A DNA stretch of 61,326 nucleotides. It comes from Gemmatimonadales bacterium (GTDB taxonomy: Bacteria; Gemmatimonadota; Gemmatimonadetes; Gemmatimonadales; GWC2-71-9). Below the pieces are notes generated by a model. The model made no database searches. It was given only the letters and a program-made list of their open reading frames with translations, and was not told the DNA's origin. Location of the stretch: NCBI GenBank assembly GCA_041613315.1, contig JBFJHJ010000016.1, positions 1 to 61,326 of the forward strand, read 5' to 3'. Of the stretch, positions 52,534-61,326 are shown one piece after another (position 1 is the first letter of the stretch; each line of letters opens with the position of its first letter). The translations under genes and the position numbers were made by a program.

Positions 52534-55305
52534 CTACCGCGCGGACACCTGCCCCTTCACGTTGCCGTCGGCGTCAATCTCGTACAGCGGTCCCAGGTTC
52601 AGCTCCCGGACGCCCGCCTCAATCTTCTCCCGGTCCCCTACGACGACCCACACCACCCGATCGGGTTGGATCGTCGTGCGGGCCGCTCCCGCGACGTCCG
52701 CCAGCGTCAATGCGCGCACCTGCTGCGCGTAGGTGTCAAAGTACCGGTCATCGAGGCCAAACCGCACGATGTCGGCGATCGAGCCGGCGACCGCGTTGTT
52801 GGTCTCCCAGCGTCCGGGGAGGGTCAGGGTCGACGAGTTCTGCGCCCGACCGAGCTCCTCGGCGGTGGGCGGGCGATCACCCAGGATGGCGCGCAGCTCC
52901 TTCGCCACCTCGACGAGGGACTCTTTGGTCTTGTCGGTCTGCACCGGCGCGTAGACGATGAACGGCCGCTGGCCCCGCGCGTCCCACAGGAGGCTCGCCG
53001 CACCGTACGACCAGTGCTTGTCCTCCCGCAGGTTCATGTTGATCCGGGACGTGAAGTCGCCGCCCAGGATCGTGTTCATCGTCTCGATCGCGATCTCGTC
53101 CGGGTTCGCCTGCGGCGGCGCCACATGTCCGGCAAAAATCACGGATTGCGGGGAGCCCGGCCGGTCGAGCAAGTAGACCTCGGCGCGTGGCTTCTGCTCC
53201 ACGCGTGCCAGGTTCTTCTGCGCCACGTCTCCGCGCTTCCAGTCGCGGAACAGCCGTTCGAGCTTCGGCCGGATCTCGTCCATCGTGGTGGCGCCCACGA
53301 CGACAAGCGTGGCGTTGTTCGGCTTGAACCAGGCTTGATGGAACTGGACCAGGTCGTCCCGGCGGATCCCCTGGACGGACGCCTCGGTGCCCGAGCCGGT
53401 CATGGGATTGCCGTAGGCGTGGCCCTCCCCGTAGAGAAGCCGGGGGAACACGCGGAGCGCCATGGCCACGGGCTGCGCCTTCTCTTGCTGGATCTGGGCG
53501 AGCCGCTGACGCCGCAGCCGCTCCAAGTCCGACTCGGGGAACGACGGATTGAGGATCACGTCGGCGAACAGCTCCAGCGACGGGTCGAGCCGCTCCCGTA
53601 GGGCCGACAGCGACACCACCGACATGTCAAGATTGGAGCTGGTGCTGAGCGTCGCGCCGAGTCGGTCCAGCTCGTCGCTGATCTGGAGCGCGTCCCGCCG
53701 CTTCGTGCCTTCGTCGAGCATCGCCAGCGCCAGGCTGGCCGTGCCGGGCGCCGCCGTCTGGTCGGCGGCGTAGCCCGCGTCCACGAGCAGGTCGAACTCC
53801 ACGACCGGGATGGCGCGGCGCGGCGCCACGATCAGGGTCAGCCCGTTGGAGAGCGTCGCTCGCTGGAACTCGGCGAAGGCGGCCCGGGGCGGCGCCCCCG
53901 CTTCCGGCACCTTCGAGCGATCGACGGTCGACGCCGCGGTCCGGAACTGCGGATAGGGATGGACTTCGACGACGTAGACCCCGTCCGACAGCCAGCGGCG
54001 GGCCGCCGCCTGGAGGTCGGCGGGCGTCGCCTGCGCGACACGCTGCAACGTCGTCTTGTAGAAATCCGGCCGGCCCCCGTACACCTCGCTCATCGCGAGC
54101 ACGTCCGACTTACCACCGAACCCGCCGATCCGCTCCACGCCGCGCACGAAACGCGCCCGGTACTGCGTCTTCACGCGCTGGAGCTCGCCCGCGGTCGGCC
54201 CCTCGGCCAACAGTCGCGCCAGCTCCTCATCGATCGCCCGCTCGACCTCCGCGAGCTCCACGCCGGGCCGCGCCGTGCCGACCACGATGACCTGGCTGCC
54301 GATCTCTTTCTGAAAGATGAACGCCGACACATTGGTCGCCGACTGGTCGTCGTACACCAACCGCTTGTAGAGACGCGACGTCTTGCCCGCGGCCAGCACG
54401 TCGGTCACCAGGTCCAGGTAGGTCGCATCCAGCGAGCTCCACTCGGGCACGTTCCAGACTTTGTAGACCCGCGCCTGGGGCACCCGGTCCTGCATCACCT
54501 GGCGATGCGTGCCCTTCATCGGCGCAATCCAACGCTGATACCGCGCCACGGGCGGGCCCGCCGGGATGTCGCCGAAATACCGCTCGACCTGTTGCTTGGC
54601 GGTCTGCGGATCGATGTCGCCCGCCAAGACGATCACCGCGTTCGCGGCGCCGTAGTAGTCCTTGAACCACTGGTGGACGTCCTCGAGCGACGCGCCATTC
54701 AGGTCCTCCAGCGAGCCGATCACATTCCACGAGTAGGGATGCCCGGCCGGATAGGTATTCGCCGCAATCGAACGGAACGCCGCCGAGTAGGGCTGGTTGT
54801 CCCCCTGGCGCTTCTCGTTCTGCACGACGCCGCGTTGTTCGTCGAGCCTCGCCTGGTCGATCGCCCCGAGGAGGTGCCCCATGCGATCGGACTCCATCCA
54901 CAGCACGACGTCGAGCGCCGGCGTCGGCACGTTCTGGAAATAGTTGGTGCGATCGTTATTGGTGGTGCCGTTCAGATCGGTCGCGCCCAGCGGCTCGAGC
55001 ACCTTGAAGTAGTCGTCGTTGTAGTGTTCGCTGCCGTTGAACATGAGGTGCTCGAACAAGTGAGCGAATCCGGTGCGGCCGATCTTCTCGTTCTTCGAGC
55101 CCACGTGATACCAGACGTTCACCGCCACGATCGGCGCCTTGCGATCCTCGTGCACGATGAGCGTGAGGCCGTTGTCGAGCACGAACTTCTGGAAGGGGAT
55201 GTCGATCTCCGCCCCGACCTGGGCCCGGGCGGCGGGTGCCAGCGCCGTCAGGGGCAGGACGAGCGACGCGGCGATGAGCATTCCGCGGAGCGTGCTGCGT
55301 TTCAT
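52534..55305 (-). CDS. M16 family zinc protease (PqqL-like), exported
   Basis: Signal peptide ending ARA-Q; GFAHLFEHLMF (HxxEH); two-half architecture with SRINMNLREDKHWSYG. Confidence 0.95.
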   Translation of the reverse strand: MKRSTLRGMLIAASLVLPLTALAPAARAQVGAEIDIPFQKFVLDNGLTLIVHEDRKAPIVAVNVWYHVGSKNEKIGRTGFAHLFEHLMFNGSEHYNDDYFKVLEPLGATDLNGTTNNDRTNYFQNVPTPALDVVLWMESDRMGHLLGAIDQARLDEQRGVVQNEKRQGDNQPYSAAFRSIAANTYPAGHPYSWNVIGSLEDLNGASLEDVHQWFKDYYGAANAVIVLAGDIDPQTAKQQVERYFGDIPAGPPVARYQRWIAPMKGTHRQVMQDRVPQARVYKVWNVPEWSSLDATYLDLVTDVLAAGKTSRLYKRLVYDDQSATNVSAFIFQKEIGSQVIVVGTARPGVELAEVERAIDEELARLLAEGPTAGELQRVKTQYRARFVRGVERIGGFGGKSDVLAMSEVYGGRPDFYKTTLQRVAQATPADLQAAARRWLSDGVYVVEVHPYPQFRTAASTVDRSKVPEAGAPPRAAFAEFQRATLSNGLTLIVAPRRAIPVVEFDLLVDAGYAADQTAAPGTASLALAMLDEGTKRRDALQISDELDRLGATLSTSSNLDMSVVSLSALRERLDPSLELFADVILNPSFPESDLERLRRQRLAQIQQEKAQPVAMALRVFPRLLYGEGHAYGNPMTGSGTEASVQGIRRDDLVQFHQAWFKPNNATLVVVGATTMDEIRPKLERLFRDWKRGDVAQKNLARVEQKPRAEVYLLDRPGSPQSVIFAGHVAPPQANPDEIAIETMNTILGGDFTSRINMNLREDKHWSYGAASLLWDARGQRPFIVYAPVQTDKTKESLVEVAKELRAILGDRPPTAEELGRAQNSSTLTLPGRWETNNAVAGSIADIVRFGLDDRYFDTYAQQVRALTLADVAGAARTTIQPDRVVWVVVGDREKIEAGVRELNLGPLYEIDADGNVKGQVSAR

Positions 55306-55493
55306 CGTGGAACTCCCGCTCTGGATGATGTCAGGATGGCTCGGGGCCCGAACGATTACCCCGGCGGACGCGCGCGAGCAAGGCCGGGCGCGCCCGTCCC
55401 GTGATGCACGAAGGGTGCGAACCGCCCGTAAGTGCGATCCGCATTTTGATGCTCGCTGGGCCCGGAAGGTTGCCGGCCGGTGGCCCGCTCCCC

Positions 55494-56156
55494 TTACCCG
55501 CCCGGCTCGCGGAGGATGCCGTAGGATTGGAGGCGCAGCGTGTCGCCATCGCGGACGCCCAAGATCCACACCCGGGCGCCGGCCCGCGCCGCGAGCTCCG
55601 GGGGGGCCCCGCGCACCTGGAGCGTGTCGCCGGCCACGAGCCACAGCGCCTCCCGGCGCGCCAGGAGCGTGCCCACCACGGGGCGCGCCCCGCCGATGCT
55701 CATGATGTCGTAGCCCGCCGCCGTGACGGCCCGAGGTGGCGTGGGCGGCTGGTTCGCCCCGGCGCGGCCCCAGACCCGCACCTCGGCACCCACGAGCCGC
55801 GCGACCTCATCCCGCAGTGGGCCGCGAACCGCGACGCCCGCGCCGCCGCCATCGGGACGCACCACGATCTGCCCCAGCGGCGCGGCGCCCACTGCCCGCA
55901 CCCTGCCCGCGACGATGGTGTCCCCTGCGGCCGGGGGAGCCCCGGCGGCAATGGCCCCCACCGGGGGGCGGGAGGCGCCGGACTCCTGGCGGGACGGCGC
56001 GCCCGGCGGAGGGGCCGGGGCGGCGCTGTCCGTCGCGGTGCGATCAGCGGTGGGACGGTCGGCCGGCGCGCGGCTCTCGGTGTCGGCGCCGCAGGCGCCG
56101 GCCGCGAGACCGGCGACAACCAGCGCCACCATCCGGCCGAGCGCCGTGCCGGTCAC
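55494..56156 (-). CDS. Hypothetical lipoprotein with two beta-rich (OB-like) repeats
   Basis: Lipobox AGAC, Pro/Ala linker, GAEVRVWG and GARVWILG repeats; GTG overlaps upstream stop. Confidence 0.65.
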   Translation of the reverse strand: MTGTALGRMVALVVAGLAAGACGADTESRAPADRPTADRTATDSAAPAPPPGAPSRQESGASRPPVGAIAAGAPPAAGDTIVAGRVRAVGAAPLGQIVVRPDGGGAGVAVRGPLRDEVARLVGAEVRVWGRAGANQPPTPPRAVTAAGYDIMSIGGARPVVGTLLARREALWLVAGDTLQVRGAPPELAARAGARVWILGVRDGDTLRLQSYGILREPGG

Positions 56157-58510
56157 CGGGTCCGGACCACCCAGAACTGCGGCTGGAGCCCCGTGGCAAG
56201 TGGTTGGCCGTTCGCGTCGCGCACGCGGACCGCCATCGCCGGCCGCGCCGCCGTCGCGGTGAGCAGCGTGTACGCGGTGCTCCCGCCCCGCGCGCTGCGC
56301 GCGTCGCTGAACTGTGCGAAACTGCGCGCGGCGGGCTGCAGGCGCGCTGCCTCGCGCGCGCTGCTGAAGATGTTGAACAGGTTCCAGCTCGACGTCCGGA
56401 GTTTCGGGTCTGCGCTCGTCACGCGGCCGTCCACGTAGTGCATCGCCGACCATTGGGCGAACAGCGTGTCGAACTTGACGCCCAGGAGCGCCTCGATGTT
56501 CTGCACGCCGTCCAGCATCGGGCTCTTGTCGATCCAGTCGCGGGTGAGATCGGCCTCGCCGTTGGGACCCCACCCGGGGCCGAACCGGTCGGCGATGTAC
56601 CGCTGCAACATCCATGAGGCGCCGTAGAACCAGAACGGCGTACAGGGAATGACGGGGTCGTCGTTGAGATCACCGTCGCCAAAGACCGTGCACAGCTCCG
56701 GCGCGTTCGGGTTGCGTCGGTCGGGGTTCTGGCCGTCGGCGGCCCAGCCGTAGTACAGCGCGAGCTGCGCGAAGTTGGGGTTATACCAGTTCGCGCCGGG
56801 CGGATCGAACACCTTGGTCGCCCCGTAATCCTGCCCCGGCATGTTCCCCAGGACCTTGTGGCCCACGACTTCCTCCGCGAGCACCGCCTGCCCCTCCATC
56901 TCCCACGACGTCATGAGATCGCCGCCCAGGACGATGAGCCGGCGCGACTGCTGAATGTTGTGCGTGAACTCGTGGGCGATGAGCGACGACATCTGACCCA
57001 GCACGCTCGCCTTCGAGCGGGCACCAGTCCCCGCCGAGTCGGCACCATCCGGTACGTGCCCGTAGAACAGCTCGCCCTCGTCGCTCGACCCGCACTGCGT
57101 CTCGCGGTCGAAGAGATCGCCGGAGAACACGAAGCCGGCGATGTTGCCCTGCGCCATCTTGTTCACCTGGATCGTGAGGACCACGATCACCCGGCTGTTG
57201 GCGTCCAGATCGCTTGGCGCTCCGAAATACGTGGTTGTGGTCGGGTAGGTGTGCAGGTCGAACGTGTCGCGGAACGCCTGGATCTCCGCGGTGGTGAGTG
57301 AATCGGCCGCCTTGGGGTTCAGCGTGTCCACCACGAAGATGCCGAAGTTGCCCACGGCGCGGACGCGGGTGCCGATCTGCACGGGCGTGCAGGGGTTGGC
57401 ATCGATGTTGGGGACCCGGATCGTCATCGTGTCGCCGACGCTGGGCACCGCTTGCGCGGCGCCCGGCCCGGCACCGGCGGCCCGTGCCGCCATCACGCGC
57501 GGACCGGCCGGCCGGCCGAGGTGCTGCCGCTCCCACCCTCGGAGCCGCGACTCGGCCCGGAGGTGCGCGAGGCGGCGCTCCACCAGCGCGTCATCGAACA
57601 GCCGACCGCGGGGGATCGACGTGACGGCCACGCTCGCCGCCACTGACGGGGAGACGGGCGCGAGCAGGGCGCCCGCGCGTCCGCGGATGGTGAAGGGCAG
57701 CGTGGCGAGCGGAAGCTCGGCGCTCACCCCCATCCCGATCAGATAGTCGGCCCCCGTCACCGACGGTGCCAATTGGAGGCAGAAGTCCCGCGGATCCTTG
57801 ATGATCACGAGCTGCCCCAACGGCGGGTTGTCGAACGCGGGCGGCTGGAACGGGTGGTTCACCGCGTTGCTCGTCTGGTTGCTCACCGTGACGGTCACGG
57901 CCGCGTTCCCGAGCGGGAGACAGGCCCGCGTCGGCACGGTGACGGTCAGCGACGTGGTCGTGCCACCGGTCACGGTGGCCGGCGCGTCACCGATCATGAC
58001 GCTGTTGTTCGTCGGGGTCGCATCGAAGCCCTGCCCCGTGAGCGTGGCGGTCTGTCCTTCCCGCAGCGTGTCCGGCGACACGGCGTTGAGAATCAGGTTC
58101 GACGCAATGGCTCGGAACACGACGGGAATGAGCGATGTCCCGGTTGCGCTCACCTGCACCCGGTTCTCGCCCTCGGCCGCGCCAAGCGTCCAGGTCGTCT
58201 GGGCCTGGCCGTCCGACCCCGTCGTGGCGCTCGCGGGATTGATCGCGCCGTCGCCGGCCTGGATCGTGAAGCTGAGCGCCACGCCGGCCATCGCGGCCCC
58301 TCGCTGATCGTTCACCCTCACCACCACCGGGGCGGGCAACGTCTCGCCCGGCGGCCGCCGCTGATTGTTCCCCGACACGATGACGAGGCTCGTTGCCACC
58401 GGAGGCGGGGCAGGCGGTTCGACCGGCGTATCGGACCCGCACGCCGCGAGCAGGCCGGCGGTCAGCGCCGTCAGCGCCCCGCGGGACGCATTACGTCTCG
58501 TGATCGTCAT
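56153..58510 (-). CDS. Lipoprotein with Ig-like and IPT/TIG domains and an HExxH metallopeptidase domain
   Basis: LLAAC lipobox, VSGNNQ...TGSDGQA Ig-like, LTGQGF IPT, IAHEFTHNIQ...WEMEGQA. Confidence 0.8.
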   Translation of the reverse strand: MTITRRNASRGALTALTAGLLAACGSDTPVEPPAPPPVATSLVIVSGNNQRRPPGETLPAPVVVRVNDQRGAAMAGVALSFTIQAGDGAINPASATTGSDGQAQTTWTLGAAEGENRVQVSATGTSLIPVVFRAIASNLILNAVSPDTLREGQTATLTGQGFDATPTNNSVMIGDAPATVTGGTTTSLTVTVPTRACLPLGNAAVTVTVSNQTSNAVNHPFQPPAFDNPPLGQLVIIKDPRDFCLQLAPSVTGADYLIGMGVSAELPLATLPFTIRGRAGALLAPVSPSVAASVAVTSIPRGRLFDDALVERRLAHLRAESRLRGWERQHLGRPAGPRVMAARAAGAGPGAAQAVPSVGDTMTIRVPNIDANPCTPVQIGTRVRAVGNFGIFVVDTLNPKAADSLTTAEIQAFRDTFDLHTYPTTTTYFGAPSDLDANSRVIVVLTIQVNKMAQGNIAGFVFSGDLFDRETQCGSSDEGELFYGHVPDGADSAGTGARSKASVLGQMSSLIAHEFTHNIQQSRRLIVLGGDLMTSWEMEGQAVLAEEVVGHKVLGNMPGQDYGATKVFDPPGANWYNPNFAQLALYYGWAADGQNPDRRNPNAPELCTVFGDGDLNDDPVIPCTPFWFYGASWMLQRYIADRFGPGWGPNGEADLTRDWIDKSPMLDGVQNIEALLGVKFDTLFAQWSAMHYVDGRVTSADPKLRTSSWNLFNIFSSAREAARLQPAARSFAQFSDARSARGGSTAYTLLTATAARPAMAVRVRDANGQPLATGLQPQFWVVRTR

Positions 58511-58704
58511 ACGAATGGCAGTATCCACACGGCAAGAGATGAGAATGTAACCCGGCCCGGCCCCGCCTGCACAACGCCACGGAGTAAATGAGCACATGCG
58601 ACGGCCGTGGCGCGGTGAGCCAGCACACACGGTGCACAACGGTGCATGGTGCGCCGGCCGCCGGGTGCGTGTAGTGTTCGGAGAACCCCCGACGGAGCAC
58701 CGCT

Positions 58705-59256
58705 GTGCGCGCACGCCGCGTTCCTGCTGCGATCGTCCTCCTGGGTGGGGCGACGCTCTGGGGCTGTGCCCGGCCACAGCCTGCGAACGACACCCCGGAC
58801 CCGCCCGAGCGCCCGGAGGCCGCGGCGCCGGCGCCGCGCGCCGTACCCGACTCGACGGTCCAACGTCCTGCACCGGGCGGCGGGCGCGCTGCCGGACCGC
58901 CGCCCGTGGGTACCTGGGTGCTGGCCCGGGGCGCGCGGGACGAGTCCACCCCCTCGACCGGCCTCCGCCTCACGCTCACGGTGGATTCCACCCGGGGGCC
59001 CGAGTTCTTCGGGAAGGTCGCCAACATGTTCTCAGGCAACGTGGGGATCGACCCTCGCCGCTTCCGAGCGTTCCGAGGCACGCTGGGAGACGACGGGCGG
59101 ATGGACATTGCGATCGCCCGGACCGATGCGGCGGGCGTGGCCCTGAAGCTCGCCGGGCGACTCAGGCACGACACCCTCCATCTCGATCTGTTCACGCTGG
59201 GACCCGATACCCTGACGGCGAGTGGCGAACCCTGGTACCTCGTGCGGCGCCCCTAG
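58705..59256 (+). CDS. Hypothetical lipoprotein
   Basis: LWGC lipobox, Pro-rich linker, beta-rich domain (VGTWVL...). Confidence 0.6.
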   Translation: MRARRVPAAIVLLGGATLWGCARPQPANDTPDPPERPEAAAPAPRAVPDSTVQRPAPGGGRAAGPPPVGTWVLARGARDESTPSTGLRLTLTVDSTRGPEFFGKVANMFSGNVGIDPRRFRAFRGTLGDDGRMDIAIARTDAAGVALKLAGRLRHDTLHLDLFTLGPDTLTASGEPWYLVRRP

Positions 59257-59308
59257 GCGGATCGTGCGAACACGGTGAACCCGCGGGCCGGTCCGCGGCC
59301 CCGGCCGT

Positions 59309-59704
59309 TCAGCGCGGCAGCGCCAGGGTGTACCCCGTCGCGGCGAGCAGCGTGTGGTCGTTCGCCGCCACCTCGCGGATCTCCGCCGTGTAGGCTTCCG
59401 GGCGGCGGATATCCGAGACCGTCACGTGGACCAAGGGCCCGGTGGTGAGCGGCCCGATCACCACCCCGCGCAGCTCCTGGTCGGTCAGCGACGTCATGAA
59501 CACCTGACATCCGACACACGCCGGCACGACGCCTTGGACGGCGAGCGGCGCCACCCCGAGGACGCTGAACACCACGGCGCCGGTATTGCCCAACGGGGCC
59601 GTGAGCTCGAAGGTGAGCTGGCCGCTCTTGGGGCCGGCGTCGCACGCCGCGAGGCCCGCCGCGGCCAGCACCAGGATCGCGCCTCGAGCGCGCCGGGCGA
59701 TCAT
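59309..59704 (-). CDS. Small beta-rich lipoprotein
   Basis: MIARRARGAILVLAAAGLAAC lipobox; ATG overlaps the M6 protease stop. Confidence 0.7.
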   Translation of the reverse strand: MIARRARGAILVLAAAGLAACDAGPKSGQLTFELTAPLGNTGAVVFSVLGVAPLAVQGVVPACVGCQVFMTSLTDQELRGVVIGPLTTGPLVHVTVSDIRRPEAYTAEIREVAANDHTLLAATGYTLALPR

Positions 59705-61326
59705 CGGGATCTCCTCGGCGCCACACCGGGTCCGGGCGCGGTAGCCGCGAGCACGGCACCCAGCTCCCGGGCCGTGACCGCACCGCCCGTCGCCTGCGTC
59801 CACGCGAGGAAATCGCCCACGTCGAACCGCCCGTTCTTGTTGCCCACGATATCGAGATAGGCGAGCTCGTCGGTGGTGAGGAGCGCCTCGGCGCCGACCA
59901 GGTGGCGCACCACGGCATCGACGGTCAACACGGGAACGGTCACGTCGATCGTCGCCGTTTGCGTCGCGGTCTGACAGCCCGACGTCACGCGGGCGTCGAC
60001 CGTGAACGAGCCGCCCTGCTCGGGTGTGCCCGCGAGGCGGCCGGCCGCGTCCAGGGCGAGGCCCGCCGGCACCGTGCCGGCCGCGAAACTCCACCGGTAC
60101 TGGCCGACGCCGCCCACTGCGGCGAACGAATGATCGTACGCCACCCCGGCCTTGCCGCCCGGAGGCGGAGGTGAGGTGACGGTGAGCGCGGGCGCGGCGA
60201 ACGTGACACTCATGCGCATCGTCCCGCCCACGATGAGCTGCTCGATCGCGTCGAACGTCAGCTCGATCGGCATGCCGTCGTGGCGCGCGTTGGAGGGACT
60301 CGTGTCGAAGCTGAACCGGGTCTTCGCACTGCTGCCGGGGTAGGGATCGCCTGCATCACCGCGGTTGGCCCCGGTCTGCAGCTGCCCCACGCCATCGGCC
60401 TCGACCAGTGACAGCCCATACGGCTTTGCACCGTTCACCGAATTCGCGAAGCGGCGTTGGGCGATCAAGGCCGAATCCACGTGCCACACCAGCAACCCGA
60501 ACCCGGCGAGCATCGAGTCCGAGCCGATCGCTTGGCGATTCTCGACCAGGTAGTACTCGTTGGAGCTGCACACGGGGAACACGTACGCGGTGTCGGACAG
60601 TGCGATGGGGCTGATGTCGAGCACCGTGTCTCGCTCGATCCGGACCTCCGTGATCCACCCCAGCTCCGCCCGCGACCACGCCTCCATGTGCGCCGGCCGC
60701 CACGCGACCTTTTGGTTGCCCGCCCCCATGAGGCCCCACCACCCGATGCCGCTGGTGGAGCCGATGGTGTCGTAGAGATCCGGGAGGCCGAACAGGTGGC
60801 CGGTCTCATGCGCCACGACACCCATGGCCTGGGGCTTGTCGCTCTCGCAGCCGCCCCGGCCCGCCGGCACCCCATCGCCCCCCTGCCCGCCCTGAATGAT
60901 GTAATCGCGGATCTTGATCTTGCCGCCGCCGACGGCATCGTCCGCCGTGAGGAGGTCCATGCCCGTCCACCCGGCATAGGTGTAGCGGTGCGCCCAGATG
61001 TTCTTCTGCGCCACCGCGTTCACTGCCCGGCACTCGCCACCCACCTCCGGATGGAGCAGCACCAATGCGTCGACGTACCCGTCGTCGTCGCCGGAGTTGG
61101 GGATCCCGTCAGGCCCGTCGTTGTCGAACAGCCGATAGTCGACCGCGGCGTCGTGGAGCACCACGATCTCGCGAATGAGGCCGGCCACATCCCCGGTATT
61201 GTCGAGCCCATTGGCCTTGCCCTCGTACGCGGTATCCGCCTTCGACACGGAGCGCCAGTCCAGCACCACGCCGTTCACGATCAAGCTGTCGTTGGATATC
61301 TCCCGATAGTAGGAGTGGATCGAGTA
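59701..61326 (-). CDS. M6 family (immune inhibitor A-like) metalloprotease with Ig domain (5' end outside window)
   Basis: FDNDGPDGIPNSGDDDGYVD, IWAH, AHETGHLFGLPDLY, WGLMGAG, EYYLVENR; putative Ig domain. Confidence 0.92.
   Translation of the reverse strand, partial: YSIHSYYREISNDSLIVNGVVLDWRSVSKADTAYEGKANGLDNTGDVAGLIREIVVLHDAAVDYRLFDNDGPDGIPNSGDDDGYVDALVLLHPEVGGECRAVNAVAQKNIWAHRYTYAGWTGMDLLTADDAVGGGKIKIRDYIIQGGQGGDGVPAGRGGCESDKPQAMGVVAHETGHLFGLPDLYDTIGSTSGIGWWGLMGAGNQKVAWRPAHMEAWSRAELGWITEVRIERDTVLDISPIALSDTAYVFPVCSSNEYYLVENRQAIGSDSMLAGFGLLVWHVDSALIAQRRFANSVNGAKPYGLSLVEADGVGQLQTGANRGDAGDPYPGSSAKTRFSFDTSPSNARHDGMPIELTFDAIEQLIVGGTMRMSVTFAAPALTVTSPPPPGGKAGVAYDHSFAAVGGVGQYRWSFAAGTVPAGLALDAAGRLAGTPEQGGSFTVDARVTSGCQTATQTATIDVTVPVLTVDAVVRHLVGAEALLTTDELAYLDIVGNKNGRFDVGDFLAWTQATGGAVTARELGAVLAATAPGPGVAPRRSR

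Noticed and set aside
55306..55644. N-terminal extensions in the ORF track (M16; also amidase, rmd, mec, PHP, E2 and the Ig protease)
   Set aside because: They overlap upstream genes or are low-complexity; downstream starts give proper signal peptides, RBS or start/stop coupling.
58630..58650. TGCAC-AACG-GTGCA as an NtrC box
   Set aside because: Spacing is N4 rather than N7, and no sigma54 promoter was seen nearby.

Overview
High-GC, gene-dense bacterial chromosomal segment. It is probably Gemmatimonadota-like, which is inferred from gene style only and not proven. No integrase, transposase, prophage or CRISPR array is visible. Contents in order: gmd-rmd-carB (carB runs off the left edge); rpmB; a stand-alone alpha operon (rpmJ-rpsM-rpsK-rpsD-rpoA-rplQ); smpB-amidase-TPR-pyrD-pyrF; tRNA-Leu(CAG); an Rrf2/cysM/JAB/Ubl-E1-rhodanese sulfur-carrier locus; fumC; hemG and a radical SAM gene; a long minus-strand run (pgsA-ino1, copper export genes, 2-oxoacid dehydrogenase E1/E2, PHP, trxB and others); peptidoglycan-recycling genes; erpA/iscA; a TonB-ExbB-ExbD2-TonB locus; a sigma54-type two-component operon; peroxiredoxin and sodA; tRNA-Ala(TGC); and a cluster of secreted or lipoprotein metalloproteases (the last runs off the right edge). 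The main result is two genes that the ORF track splits at an in-frame TGA lying exactly at a catalytic Cys position, each followed by a SECIS-like hairpin: an AhpD/CMD-family protein (CxxU) and a Cys-free peroxiredoxin (TxxU). They flank trxB and suggest a selenoprotein antioxidant cluster. Also notable: a ubiquitin-like carrier whose Gly-Gly end is fused to its own E1, next to a JAB protease and an IscR-like operator, and a possible dockerin/cohesin-like protease anchoring pair.
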